A DNA stretch of 64,000 nt from Sphagnum compactum (Eukaryota): NCBI GenBank assembly GCA_965153455.1, contig OZ234493.1:3720001-3784000 (forward strand). Direction: 5' to 3'. Both the position numbers and the translations under genes were made by a program. The notes under the pieces are model-generated. The model saw only the letters and a program-made list of their open reading frames with translations. It ran no database searches and had not been told where the DNA came from. Every line of letters begins with the position of its first letter. Within the stretch, counting starts at the first letter, position 1. Below are positions 10,401 to 24,832 of this stretch, piece by piece.

Positions 10401-13400
10401 CTTTGCTACGTGCAAGCAACTGGTGGTCATGATGCACTGCTGCATATGCAAATAGAAGTTATTTTCTCAATTGCTTGACAAACCTCTCTATTCCAGGAGT
10501 TGAGGTGGGTCAGGATGTAGAAAAATTGTGTGTGAATTCAGGCAGGATGCCATCCTGCGTAGTTTACTCAAGTATGACTTTGTCTGAAGATGCAAAGTAA
10601 CGTGCAGAATTGACTACCACTACATTGAATGTGCAACAACATTCATATTGAGTGAGGGACAGCTTGTATTATGGACCCTTATCACTGCCATTATGACCAG
10701 ACTGAAATCCATGGTGACTCTTCTGAGAGCCCTTTGTCTAGACTGACTGTAACACCACTATTCTGTTTGGATTTGTCAGTGTCCAATTGTTCAACACTGG
10801 ATGATACCATGGATTTCTGATCCAGCTGGTTTCAACAACATTAAAAGATGCATCTCATCATGATAGCAAAATGTGTAAAATTTGCATCTTTCTCTTTCAG
10901 TTCACGCTCCATCTGTCTCGCCCTCAATTCACCCTCCAGAATTCTTTTTACTTCATCATTACCTTTCTCACCCTCTTTATGAGATCCTTCTGAAATGTTC
11001 TTACTGGTCTTGGCTGCTGTTGCTGTGACATAAATGTTTGCATCATCTTCGATCATATCCATAGTCTCCCTTGATTGGTTTTTCTCACTGGACACATTTT
11101 TGTTTTGTTGCATGGTCCTCTGAAGCATGTTCGGCAGCCATATTTACATCCACTGGACTATGCTGTGTCATCTGGTCATTATCCAGTTCAGTACTTAAAA
11201 CTCTTTGGTCATGAAGTGTGTTTTGTAGCATTGGGGGATCATCGTGGACTTTTATGTCTTCCAAAGCAGATTCAGTCTTTTGGTTCTCATCCTCTAACTC
11301 CATGTCTAGGAGATCATCAGCCTCATCCTTTAAGTCCACCCAGATCTTGTCTTCAAGTGCGATTACCTGTTCTTCATCATCTTCATCATCAAAGGTTTCA
11401 AAAGACGCTGTATCAAAGGGACTGTTTACTGGGACAACTGAGGCATGAAGTGGTTCATTTCTGGAATCAGAGATAAGTGCAGAGTCTTGGGGTGGGCAAA
11501 CATATTTTTGGTCCCTGTTAAAATTTGTCAATTTGTGAGATTTCAATTATTGGGTGGCATCATTATATGGGTGTTTACATCTTGGTATAGTAGTTCCCAG
11601 GCACAAATTGTGTTAATATTACCATTGTTTAACCGAAATGGTGGTTGCTGCAGCATTTATTCATCAGGCACACGTTAGATGTGATGCACATTGAGAAGAA
11701 TGTTTGTGAGAGTATGATCAAGTTCATATTTGGATTGAAGGACACAATCAAGGTTCGACGGGACATGGAAGTGTGTGGAATCCGAGAACATCTATGGTTG
11801 AAACGGGATCCTCAAAGGCCGGGCAAGATTTTTAAACCTGTTGCCCCCTATGTCCTTAGACCAGAAGAGCTCCAAACTTTCATGAATAGGTTAGCCTCTT
11901 TGAAAGTGCCAACAAATTATTGCGGCTCATTAGGAAAACATATCATGGATAAGAAACTTGGGTTAATGAAGAGCCATGATTGGCATGTTTTAATGCAACA
12001 ATTAATGCCTCTAGCTCTAAGGGGCCTAATGGATGCTCAGGTACGTTTAAGTTTGATGCGCCTTAGTCGAGTGTATCGTAACATATGTGCAAAGGTTTGG
12101 GATCCAATTGACCTACCAACCCTAAGGGAAGATGTAGCAATCACTCTTAGCATGCTTGAATGGGAATTCCCGGGAGCATTTTTTGATGTGATGTCACATT
12201 TAACATTGCACATTGTAGAAGAACTAGACATTTGTGGCCCAGTTCATACTCGCTGGATGTACCCAATAGAACGGGCCATGAAGGTTTTCAAAGGTTATGT
12301 TCGTAATAGGTCAAGGCCAGAGGCTTCCATGGCAGAAGGTTACATTTTGGACGAGACAATTGGGTTTGTCACCGAATATCTACAAGATTTCCGCCATGTT
12401 CGACATAGAATCTGGGATGCAGATGAAGAGGAGGGGGTTTATGGTGAAGTTGTGGAAGGGGCTGCCACAAAGTTGACTCTGGACCCTGTAACACGAGATG
12501 TGGCACATCAATATGTGATGACAAATGTGGCATGTTTAGCACCGTGGGTTCGGTACACAACCCTTAACCCCTTAAACCCCTGTTGGAAAATTGTAAAGAG
12601 GTCATAGATGCATGGGTAAGTTACTTTCTTGTTGAACAACTAACTAAAATTAATAAACTTAATGTGGGGCTTGGCTATTGGGGATGCAACATGTATGAGC
12701 AGAAAACAATTCGGATAAGGCAGTTAAGAGCAGAATTTGAAGCACAATGGCAGATGGGGCATAGAAAAAGAAGCAGGCATGTGGAGTTTCCACCAGAGCT
12801 CCAAGAGGTGCAAAACTTGGCAAGTTGGGTTCGTGAAGCAATTCGGACCCATATCGCACAAGGGGGCGTGCTTGAAGACCAAGATGCACTCCATCTATCA
12901 GTTTCGCCATCCCCTTTTGCTTCAAGGTACACAAGAATGAAGGCATATGGAAATCATTACAGAGTTTCTATAAATACCACTGACAACACAAGTGCCACAT
13001 ACGATTCTGGAGTTGCATCAGTTTTCCATCAAGAGCAGCAGTCAACAAAAGGTACGAGACTTGGGGCGCTTCAATATGTGGGGATATTGAAGGACATAAT
13101 TTTGCTAGACTATGGCCCTATATCCCAACCAGTAATATTGTTCAAATGTGATTGGGTAAGAAATGGATTAGACAGATGGGGGAATCCCACATATAAGCGT
13201 GATGATGATGGGTTTTTGTTGGTAAATTTTCGACAATTGAAAGCACGGGTTGATGAACCTTATGTATTTCCAGCCCAGGTTCAGCAGGTTTTTTATGCAG
13301 ATGACCCTAACATGCCAGGATGGAAGGTTGTCCTCCACAAAGAACCAAGGTCCAAACGCATCCTAGTATCTGATAGTGATGAAATTACCATGGTAGACAA

Positions 13401-13551
13401 CTTAATTGGAGTAGATGTGCCTCTGGAATTTCCAGAGGTACCAAGGAACATGGCACTTGTTGGTGCAATTGAATTGACTGGAGGTGATGCAATTCTAGCT
13501 GCCGAAGAGCTTCAAAGGTCATCTGGTGAGGATGAAGTTGGCCTTGAATGA
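7442..13551 (+). mobile_element. CACTA/En-Spm DDE transposase (TnpD-like), 3 exons, about 1189 codons, one nonsense codon
   Basis: Exons 7442-9250, 11654-12552 and 12690-13551. Motifs: transposase-associated CPCxKC…HL…G; IHACVNGCILF…CPKCG; KVLRHFPLIPRL; RNVRLGLATDGVNPF; WPVLLLIYNLPPW; WTIHDFPGYG…CPPC; LPYWE|HLFIRHTLDVMHIEKNVCE; MKSHDWH; HLTLH; WMYPIER; ILFKCDW…EPYVFPAQVQQVFY. TAG at 8447-8449 is in frame with both flanking ORFs. Confidence 0.95.
9292..11605 (-). pseudogene. Decayed coding-like host sequence (unknown acidic/coiled-coil protein) inserted antisense into transposase intron 1
   Basis: Minus-strand ORF pieces 11546-11085, 11128-10841 and 9995-9798 with protein-like composition, stops and frameshifts. 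The block is bounded by direct repeats aattgtgtta at 9282-9291 and 11606-11615. Confidence 0.6.
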
Positions 13552-13943
13552 ATAGTTGTCTTATGGGGATCTTGCAGTTCTTGCCACACGTATTTCAAGA
13601 GCTACAGGCACACAGGTAAGTGTCCTTGAGCTGACTTTGTAGGCACTCACTACAGGATCTGCTCCCATGTTTAGAGCTGAAACATATTTATGAGTCGTTC
13701 TGATGGTATGGGCTTCCTGGAGATATTGCAGATCCTTTGAAGATCCTCTTTATGTGCTAACCGCCTTTGGATTCTGAATGTAGACAGGTTGCACCCAGTG
13801 GTAAAAAATTTAATATCTTACTACAGTGTTATTTGCTTAACACAAATCTCTCTTTGGCAAGAGAAAGAATAATTAAGGCCCTGATTAAGGTCCTAATTAG
13901 GCTACTAATCACAAATGATTAGCGAATGGGGTTGATTAGTATT

Positions 13944-14030
13944 TGTGTGTGTGTGTGTGTGTGTGTGTTGTGTGTTGTGTGAGAAGGAAAGCGCATGGTG
14001 TGTGAGCTGAGCTGAGCTGAGCTGAGCTGA
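13944..14030. repeat. (GT)n microsatellite followed by (GAGCT)5
   Basis: Directly visible. Confidence 0.9.
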
Positions 14031-15459
14031 AAGGTCATCTGAGCTTGAGGGTTTTCTTGAAGCTGGGGCTTATGGGATTTCAGAGACATTGGTTGAAGAG
14101 CCAGTGGAGGATAACAAGATGTGCTTGTGCCACTATGTGACTGCTATGATGTGGTTATGTTGTTGCTAACTGGTATTTTTTTCAATGTCTAGGTACCTGT
14201 TGCAGTTGGGGGAAGTGGTGATGTTCATCATGACTGCCTGAAGTGCTTGATAAGCAATAAGGATAATTCCATTACAGAGGTTCATGAATGACAAGTGCTG
14301 AACAAGCAGGGTTTTGTGCACAATGTAAGAGGGACTTATGTTTGCTTGATATTTGGTGCTGATTGGTGGGTGCTGATCAGATACAGCAAGAGTGCTGTAG
14401 CCATAAAAGAAATCTTTCCAAAGATGCAAGACTTGCAATCTATGAAGTAATGAGGTAGGATAACTCTGTGGCACCATTTGTGGTGCCTAGGGTGGTGGGA
14501 AGACAACAGCAGCATGGCTGCGACACATAGGCTGGAGGCAACAACGTTGAGCAGTATTGATGGAATTTCTTTTACAACATTGTTAGGACACTTCAGAGCT
14601 GAAACTCAATAGAAACAGGGCTGTGATGAACTTTATGGATTTAGAGATCTATTCTGGCACAAGCTGCATTCATATACTTGGTTGCCTTCCAAGCATATAC
14701 ACAGTTGGAAGAGGACTAATGTTATACTGAATGAGCATTTGGATCATTCCGTTTGCAAATGCAAGTAGCTCACAGAATACCATCAATTGAGCAAGCATGA
14801 TTTTAGGAGGGCTGGAGCATGTATAGACCTCTTACCGTGAGGATTTAAGCATTGATGAACAAAGGTTCATTTCAGAATAGAGAGATCTTGTTTATTGAAA
14901 TCATCTGATAACTGTTTGATCAGTTCTAATTTCAACACGTGCATTATATATGATATTATCCTCGAGTGCTCAACTGAATTGAGATCTGCCTTAGTGTAAT
15001 GAGTTGGGTCAGAATTCCCAGTTGCTACAATGAAATTTGACACTGTTTAGCTGATGATGTTTGCCTCACTTAGAACATCTTGATTGTTCGAAATTTTATG
15101 TTTTCATAATGACGACACATAATCTCTTCAGTTGGAAATGAGGAGCTTGTGGATTAGTAGTCATGAGCAGCAGATATTGCTCGCTTTGTTGTCCCTCACA
15201 TTCGGTCCCTATGACAGACAGTACCAGAAAAAAACAGGTGTACTTGTAAGGTATTATACCAGGACTAAAGAGAGCTTGGTCTTGATCTTCCTTGTTTGCA
15301 GGGGAGTCCAAATTACACTCTTCCTCTCTATTTCGCGTCTATGGCTCCACCGAACTTTGTTGTTACTCTTGTGTTGTGCCCACAAAATTCTGATAGAGAA
15401 GAATTTTTTCTTACTGAATAATATCAGGCAGATTTGCAGAAGCGGAGGTCATCATCATA

Positions 15460-16213
15460 ATGGGGGAAGCCACATACACTCCCAAAAACATCTTGATAAC
15501 TGGTGCAGCAGGATTCATTGCATCTCATGTTGCCAACAGACTGATGCGCAACTACCCACATTACGAGATCGTGGTGCTAGACAAGTTGGATTATTGCTCC
15601 AACTTGAAGAATCTGTTGCCCTACAAGTCCTCCAAGAATTTCAAGTTTGTGAAAGGTGACATTGGGAGTGCAGATCTTGTGAACTACCTTCTCATTACTG
15701 AGGGTATTGACACCATTATGCACTTTGCCGTCCAAACTCATGTCGACAACTCATTTGGCAACAGTATTGAGTTCACAAATAACAACAACTATGGGACCCA
15801 TGTGTTGCTGGAGGCATGCAAAGTGACAGGCACTGTCCACCGCTTCATTCATGTGAGCCCATATGAGGTCTATGGAGAGACTGAGGCTGATGCAATTGTT
15901 GGAAACCATGAAGCATCACAGCTGCTTCCCACAAATCCCTACTTAGCCACCAAGGCTGGTGTAGAAATGCCGGTGATGGCATATGGCCGCTCATATGGGT
16001 TGCCTGTCATCACCAGACGAGGCAATAATGTGTATGGACCAAACCAATTCCCATAGAAGCTCATTCCCACATTCATTCTTTTGGCCAGGGGAAGCCCCTC
16101 CCCATCCATGGAGATGGATGTAATGTGCGAAACTACCTGTACTGTGAAGATGTGGCTGAAGCGTTTGAGGTTGTGCTGCACAAGGGAAGTGTTGGTCATG
16201 TTTACAATTTTGG
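15460..16213 (+). pseudogene. RHM: UDP-L-rhamnose synthase (RHM-like) UDP-glucose 4,6-dehydratase domain only, truncated pseudogene
   Basis: MGEATYTPKNILITGAAGFIASHVANRL…DKLDYCSNLKNL…HFAVQTHVDNSFGNS…GNNVYGPNQFP*KLIP…GKPLPIHGDG…YLYCEDVAEAFEVVLHKG…HVYNFG. TAG at 16054-16056, a frameshift near 16090 and the conserved HVSTDEVYG changed to HVSPYEVYG. The C-terminal epimerase/reductase half is missing. Confidence 0.9.
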
Positions 16214-16458
16214 GGAATAGAGGGAAGGAAGTGTGACTATGGACAGTGTGAAACCGCCGAGAACTCCCCGAAAGGCAGGGTTTGTTTCTCCAAGAGCTTC
16301 TTCTTCTTCGTAGCTGTCTCTTCCTCCCAGTTGTCGTAGTTGTGGCTCTCCTGCTCCTGCTGCTACTGTTGTTGTATGGACGCATTGAGATTTGCAGCTT
16401 CGTTTTTGCTGCTGCACCTGAGACTTGAAGGACTTGAAGTTGTTACTACTGTTTCCAT

Positions 16459-18707
<2,249 letters not shown>

Positions 18708-19339
18708 ACATTCTGTAGTTGGCTGTAATAACATTTGTGAGCAAGAAATTATGTATTGAGTGAAGTTAGGGTTCAGATAAAGCTTCTTATTCTGAGATAT
18801 TCTTTGGGTAACCCTTTCCAGGGTTTGCATATTGTCTGGTTATGGTTGTTAAGGGGGACAATAGCATGTGTTTTCATGTCTGGTTTCTGATGTGTGCTTT
18901 AGTCACATGTCTACCCATCAGGACTATCAGGGCTGACTTTGGAACCAACTCATGCATTACATGGACTATGTGCCATGAGACCCTCACTTGTACTGGATAA
19001 TTGTTGGAATAAAATAGATTATTTCCACATGTCAAACCCACATATTGTAATCTTGAGGGGATTAATTGGACCTTCTTGTTGAATACACATATACATTGTT
19101 TTGCTTCATCAAGTGATAAACTATTGTAAGTAAAATTGATATCTTCAGTTGTAAATTGTCTTCTAAATGTTTGTGGAGCAAGCTACTAAAAGTTGGGGAT
19201 AGATACATTATTTTAGGTGTGGCAAAATAGATTAGGTTATTTTTCACCTATATCCTAAACCTTATCAATGGGATTGTCATTTGTAGGCAACCCTAATCCT
19301 AAACATGCCTAAAAAAAATGTGTACCTAGCTTACCAAAA

Positions 19340-19556
19340 GACCATAGTTGGCATATTTTGGTTGCACATGCAACTATGAGTATATACATATCAATGATAT
19401 ACGATGATATATCACAGAACTCATCCAAAGGTTGGGATGAAGGCGATTATAGTGTGCACCATAGTTGCATACACACCCAAAAAGGGCGCATAGTTGCAAA
19501 AACAGTTGCATGCGACAGGCAGTTGCATCCCAGTTGCATGTGGTGTGGTTGCATAT
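19340..19556. repeat. Cluster of short AGTTGCAT / ATGCAACT motifs
   Basis: catgcaacta, atagttgcat, tagttgcaaa, cagttgcatg, cagttgcatc and ggttgcatat within about 220 bp, resembling transposon subterminal repeats. Confidence 0.55.
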
Positions 19557-19880
19557 GACAGAATTTCTAGTAGTGGAAGTTCTTCCCATGTTCATGCCTG
19601 AAACTTTCTTGGAGCGGTTTATTTTCATTTGGGGACGTGAACAATGCTCCAAAACATCTGGCCAAATTTCCCTTAGGTTTCATTATTAGTTGAAGGATTT
19701 GAAACGAGTGTATTATGCTTGTCCTGGACTACCTTATGGGAAGGAGGATCAAACATTGCTGATTGACAATGAACCTACCAAAGTGCTTTAGAATCCTAAA
19801 TGGATTGGTCTTTTTCTTGAATCGTTCAAGGGATAAACGTTGTCAAAGAACAAGGTGCAATGGTTGGACCTCACATCACG
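19555..19880 (+). pseudogene. FCP1/NIF-like HAD phosphatase-domain remnant
   Basis: FIFIWGREQCSKT…*LKDLKRVY…YGKEDQTLLIDNEPTKVL*NPKW resembles the plant FCP1-homology pattern FxWxxxxC…LKEL…NTLLxDDSPYKAxxNP. In-frame stops. Confidence 0.5.
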
Positions 19881-22015
19881 TTTGTGACCACCATTGTTTG
19901 AATTGCTTTTAGTCGAGACAGTTTGAGTTCATTATGATTGTATGGTTAAATATTCTAAGTCTTCTTTGAGTTTGTTTTCAGAAAATTATTATTGGTTTGT
20001 CTAGTATATTGATAATGATAATGGCGATGTTCGCAAATAACCAGCCCCTTTTAGGTATGGAGTTTGAATCATTTCATTTTGGAAATTAGTTTTTTGTTAT
20101 AACTTTTCTAAGTTGGTATTTGTTTTCATTAGCCTTGCTTGCTAATATTTGACTTTTGTTTGTAATTGGTTTGGATTACTGTTCGCAAATTGTGCGACGA
20201 TGTTTGTAACTTTGAAAGGGAGAAAATGATGTTGGTCATTCAAGTTTTTTTATTTCGAGATGCTACCAATGTGGTGACACTTTTGACCATGGATAAGCAT
20301 AAGACTTCTAATTTTACAAGGATTTGACATTATATTTCAAATTATATTTCAAATTTAGATTGTTTAGGCTGTTTATGCTTTTTACAAATGTTTTCATTAT
20401 TAATAGTGGATTGATTCTTTTCAAAATTCTTTAAGAAATCAATGTTATTTGTTTTCACAACCTGGTGCCCACCATATTGAATTTGTATTTACAAAATTTT
20501 TAATAAATTTTGTTTTATCGGTTAAAATTTTAGTGTGATCTATGTAAATTTTTCTTTAACATGAACCCACCATGGTGTTGCTAAAGTTTAATTTGTAAAC
20601 ATATTTATAAATGTTCATTTTTTTTGAGCTTTTCCTTTCGATCTTGGTGTCCACCAAGTGATTTATAATGAAAGTTTGAATAAATATAACATTGTCAAGT
20701 TATTGTTTGGATTTTTAGACTTTTGTAAACTTTTAAATTCATTAAAGATGTGTTTAATTTCTATTAATTGATTAAAACAAGGAGGTTTTATCAACTAATT
20801 ATTGTTTAGGTGATTTGCACGAGGCATTTCAAGGTTCAAACTTAAAGTATATAAGAAGGATGACAGAACATGAAAAGCATTAGATATTTACATTCCATAT
20901 TCATTTTCTGAATCTTTAATGTATAAACTCTGATTTTTTAATATAGTTTTGTATTTTCACTACAAGTTGAAGTACTTATTGACATTGAGTAGTATCTATT
21001 TGTTTAGAATTTAGGAAAGGAGATTTGCATCAACATTTTTATATTTTTCAAACTTGGAAATCATTTTTTTTTACTTGGGGAAATGAACTAATTATTACAA
21101 TTCTGATTTCTTGAAATTGTAGCAAAACAAGTACATCTTGTAGGATTGTACACAGATTTTTAGATTTCAAATGTACTTGTTGTTTTAGAATTTGTAATTG
21201 AAGAAGTTGCGAAGTAAGGAACTAATGGGCATATAGAAAATCCTGTTAATAAGGAAATATTAAACTTTTGAATGACATGGGAGCGACAAAAGTACGTTCG
21301 AACTTGTACCAAAAATGGTAAGAATTACTTTACAAACTTTAGGCCATATATCTTTTTTTCAGTAGGTATTTTAAGTCATTTTATGAGCAAACCATAGGTA
21401 CCTCATTTGGAGGCAACCAAATGAATGATTTGGTACCTAAAAGGTACAATAGATTATGGTATACTCTTTTGAATAGGAGGATAGGAAAGGGGAGAGCTAT
21501 CTTATCCAGAACATATTACCTTGATGCTTATTGTTGCACCTTCTTGTAGATTTATGTCGTAATGTTGCAACAATTATCGCAATATCTATGTATCCTAGTT
21601 TTAATCTTGCATCATGGAAAAGTAAAACATCGCAATACTACCAGGATATGGTAGTAGAAGAATATGGAATGTAGCGGATTGAGTTCTTTAATGTTTCGTT
21701 TCATCGTTTCTATGTGCACAAGCTTCTCCTGGACAAGCAATTGTTACACATAGCTAGGAGTTTGTCTTTGTAGTCACCTTTACCAATTATTACTGGGTTT
21801 TTTTTTTCAAATCGATTATTTGCGACATGGATTCCTTTATCTAAATTTTCCTCATCTTTGTTTTCATCTCTTATTTTGTGTTTGTTCGATTATTTAAACC
21901 TTTTTTCTTGATCATGTCTCCAGGTTTCGTTGCCTTTCATATGCTCTTTCATGAGTTCCTTTTGTGTGATTATGATCTTCCAGTACTGTACCATGGTTCA
22001 CACTGATTTCTTGAT

Positions 22016-23306
22016 CTAATTTTTCTCCTCTTCAATTTTGTCTCTTATTTTGCTTTCTTTTGATTTTTTGAACCTCTCCTCTTTATCATTCCATTCTCCT
22101 TCTCGTGTTCTTTGGTGTGTTCCTTTTATGTCCTTATGATCTTCTGATACTATACCATTGATTAGCATGCACTTCAAAAGTTGTGGGGTTAATAGTGCAA
22201 CGAACTCAAATAGATCCCATTCAAGTTCAGCATGCTTCTTAACCCGATCAATCACGTCTTGTTCATTGTGACAAAGTCGAGCCAAGGGGTTGTTCAAGAC
22301 TCATGCACTCATGGATGCATGGTCTTGACATTGTGGCCCATTGTGTTGAATAGATAGACATTTGGGCTTCCCAAGCTTTGTGAGAATATCATGATGTTGT
22401 ACCCACAAATGACATACAAGGTTGTACTTGGTGGTGTATGTTACATCACAATTGTCCACCCTACAAAACAAACTTACCTTCATATCTAGCCCATAATACC
22501 TCCTCTTTGACAACTTGGGGAGGGGGGGGGGGGGTGGCATCATCCTCTACAACAACAAACCCCAAAAGAAAAAACTTGATGAGGATATTAACATTATGAG
22601 CAAGGGTTGAAAAATGCACGACAAAGGTATTGCAAAACTAGGTGAACGTTGGGCAATGTTAGAAGAAGGTATTGTAACCATTACAATGCTTGAAATATGC
22701 AAATGAAGACACAATAAAAGACCCAAAACATTGGGATATTCCATCTTGAAGTCTGACAAAAAAACCCCACCCACCTTTTCACATGGAGAAGGAAGGTGGG
22801 GCACAAAAATTTGATTAATAAAGTAAAATTTATCACTTATACAAGGGAGCAAAATAACATGTTGCATTTGCTCCTCTATTAGAGAAAAGAAATTCTTACA
22901 CATTTTCCTTTACCATAACAACAAATTTTTTAATTTCAGCCTCCATTGTAGTATAATATGAAAATGTTGTAGTTTTTGACTCAACATTGGTTACCACCAT
23001 ATCCTGCACAATAGTTGCATCAACACTTGCTTCCTAATGTTCTTCCAATATTGCTAATTGAGCCATTACATTTTTTGGCACAACATTGGCTACCACTGCA
23101 TTTGCCAATTCAATTACTTTGTCAACATTTGCATCATGATGTTCCTTTTTTATCATTGTTGAAATTGTTTGAATTTTTGCCTCAATGCCTTTTATTGGCT
23201 CTTCCATTGTTGTTAATGTTACTATTACTAACTCAAAAGGTGTTTCAAAATTTGTGCCAAAGGATGGTTTAACTTGATTTTTCTTCAAAATTTTCCAAGT
23301 TTGCAT
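22016..23306 (-). pseudogene. Decayed ORF containing one C2H2 zinc finger, probably repeat-derived
   Basis: FCRVDNCDVTYTTKYNLVCHLWVQHH (C-x4-C-x12-H-x4-H) in ORF 22543-22301, continuing in frame after a stop into 22297-22016, with further broken ORF pieces upstream. Confidence 0.5.
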
Positions 23307-24019
23307 CCTTTAAAAAAAAACAAAAAAATTTAAAACATAACTAATGAAGAAAAACACTAAAAATACCCCAGAAATGACAATTAAAAAAAGGTGGTGGTAA
23401 GGAGGTGATAAACAAAAAAAGGCCCCAAAATAACCAATAAAAATGAAAGATGAAAAAAAATAAATAGGAAAAAAGGAAAAAAAGGCTTCCCTTTCCAACA
23501 ATGGCAACTCCTATACACACCTAGCTTGCCAACCCCTCTTAAAAAGAAAAAGAAAAAAGAAAACACATACAAACACAAAAATACAAAATGAAAAGAAAAA
23601 GGAAAAAAAACTTACTTCTTCTAGTGATGGCAATGGAGTTGTTGTGTAGGATGTTGTTGTTGGAGTTGGAGTTGTTACACATTGCTACAATGAAGAAGAA
23701 TTAAAAGAAAGAGGAAGAAAAAGTTGATGTGCGTTACTACAACAAAGGAAAAAAAAAAGGAAAAAGAAGAGGAAGAAGAAGGTGATTCGCTTTAAGGTTT
23801 AGGAGGGAGGTTGGTTGTAAGAAGGAGATATGTAGCTAGGAGGGGGTAGGTAAAAGGGAGGGGGGGGTGAGTAGGAGGGGTAGGTAGGATTTGACAGTTG
23901 GGGGTTAGGGGGGTGGTGAAAGAAAGAAAAAAAAAAAAACCTTTTGCAAGTTTCATCCACGCAATTCAAAAAACATGATTGGTGTAATGTGGGTGCTGGG
24001 TCACTCATGCATGTCCATT

Positions 24020-24830
24020 GCGCTTCGAATCGCCTAACAAATTAATTCAAAATCATCCATCTATGCAAAGTATTGGCATTAGTTTCTATAGATGTTAAAG
24101 TGGCAAAATATGTTCACATCATGGTAAAAGTTTAAAAACTAATGTCTATGTAGATTAATGGGAGATGTGATGAAAAACAACAATGTTGTTAAACATAAAA
24201 TAAGTTTTCTTATAACCATTGAACCAAATATTGTGTGTTTCATTTTCAAAAGCTTCGAAATTTCGATTCTCATTGAATGCTCAGTCAATGAACACAATGC
24301 ATTTGGTAATTCTTGCAATTGGTTAATTAAAGTAATTTTCTTTTCAACTATAGGTTAATTGGATTTCATCCACAAGTGTTTCATTAATGCACAATGCAAT
24401 GAAAAGTGCATCATTACAATGAATTTTTGGACCAATTCCACATGAAGATATCACACATGATAACATTTTCATGTTTCATGAACAAAATGAAGTTTATAAA
24501 ATGATGTTTATGGTTATTGATTTTAATGGTCTCTTTAATAGAATAGGAATCTCATCCAATAGACCTATCATGGGTGGTATTTTTAGGCAACACATGAGAT
24601 GCCAAGTTTTCAAATCCAATTAATGTGAAATTGGTCAAGTTCTTGAATAGTATTGGTGTGGTACATATTGTGGCCAATACATTTCAAGTTCATCAATAGT
24701 TAGATCTTAACCCTCTCTTCCATCCCATGTGTGTTGAAAAAGTTTCCAAAGTTGGTAACAACATATGCACATTCAAAAAAATGGTAATCTTTCTATCCAT
24801 GTCATCAAACATTTCATTATCACTTGCAAA
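24020..24830 (-). mobile_element. PIF/Harbinger DDE transposase remnant (highly degenerate)
   Basis: Minus-strand translation across stops and frameshifts gives …MWNWSK…NDALFIALCINETLVDEIQ…KCIVFID*…WFNGYKKTYFMFNNIVVFHH…NLLGDS, resembling Harbinger GCIGFIDGT…NGRKK…YLLGDxGY. Confidence 0.6.
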
Positions 24831-24832
24831 AA

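Noticed and set aside
14490-14550. GGGKTT as a P-loop NTPase fragment
   Set aside because: Too short, with no supporting flanking motifs.
20958-20966. CACTACAAG as a terminus of the CACTA element (similar hits at about 4668 and 13648)
   Set aside because: All are in left-end orientation, lack a matching inverted partner, subterminal repeats and 3-bp TSD, and are expected by chance in AT-rich DNA.
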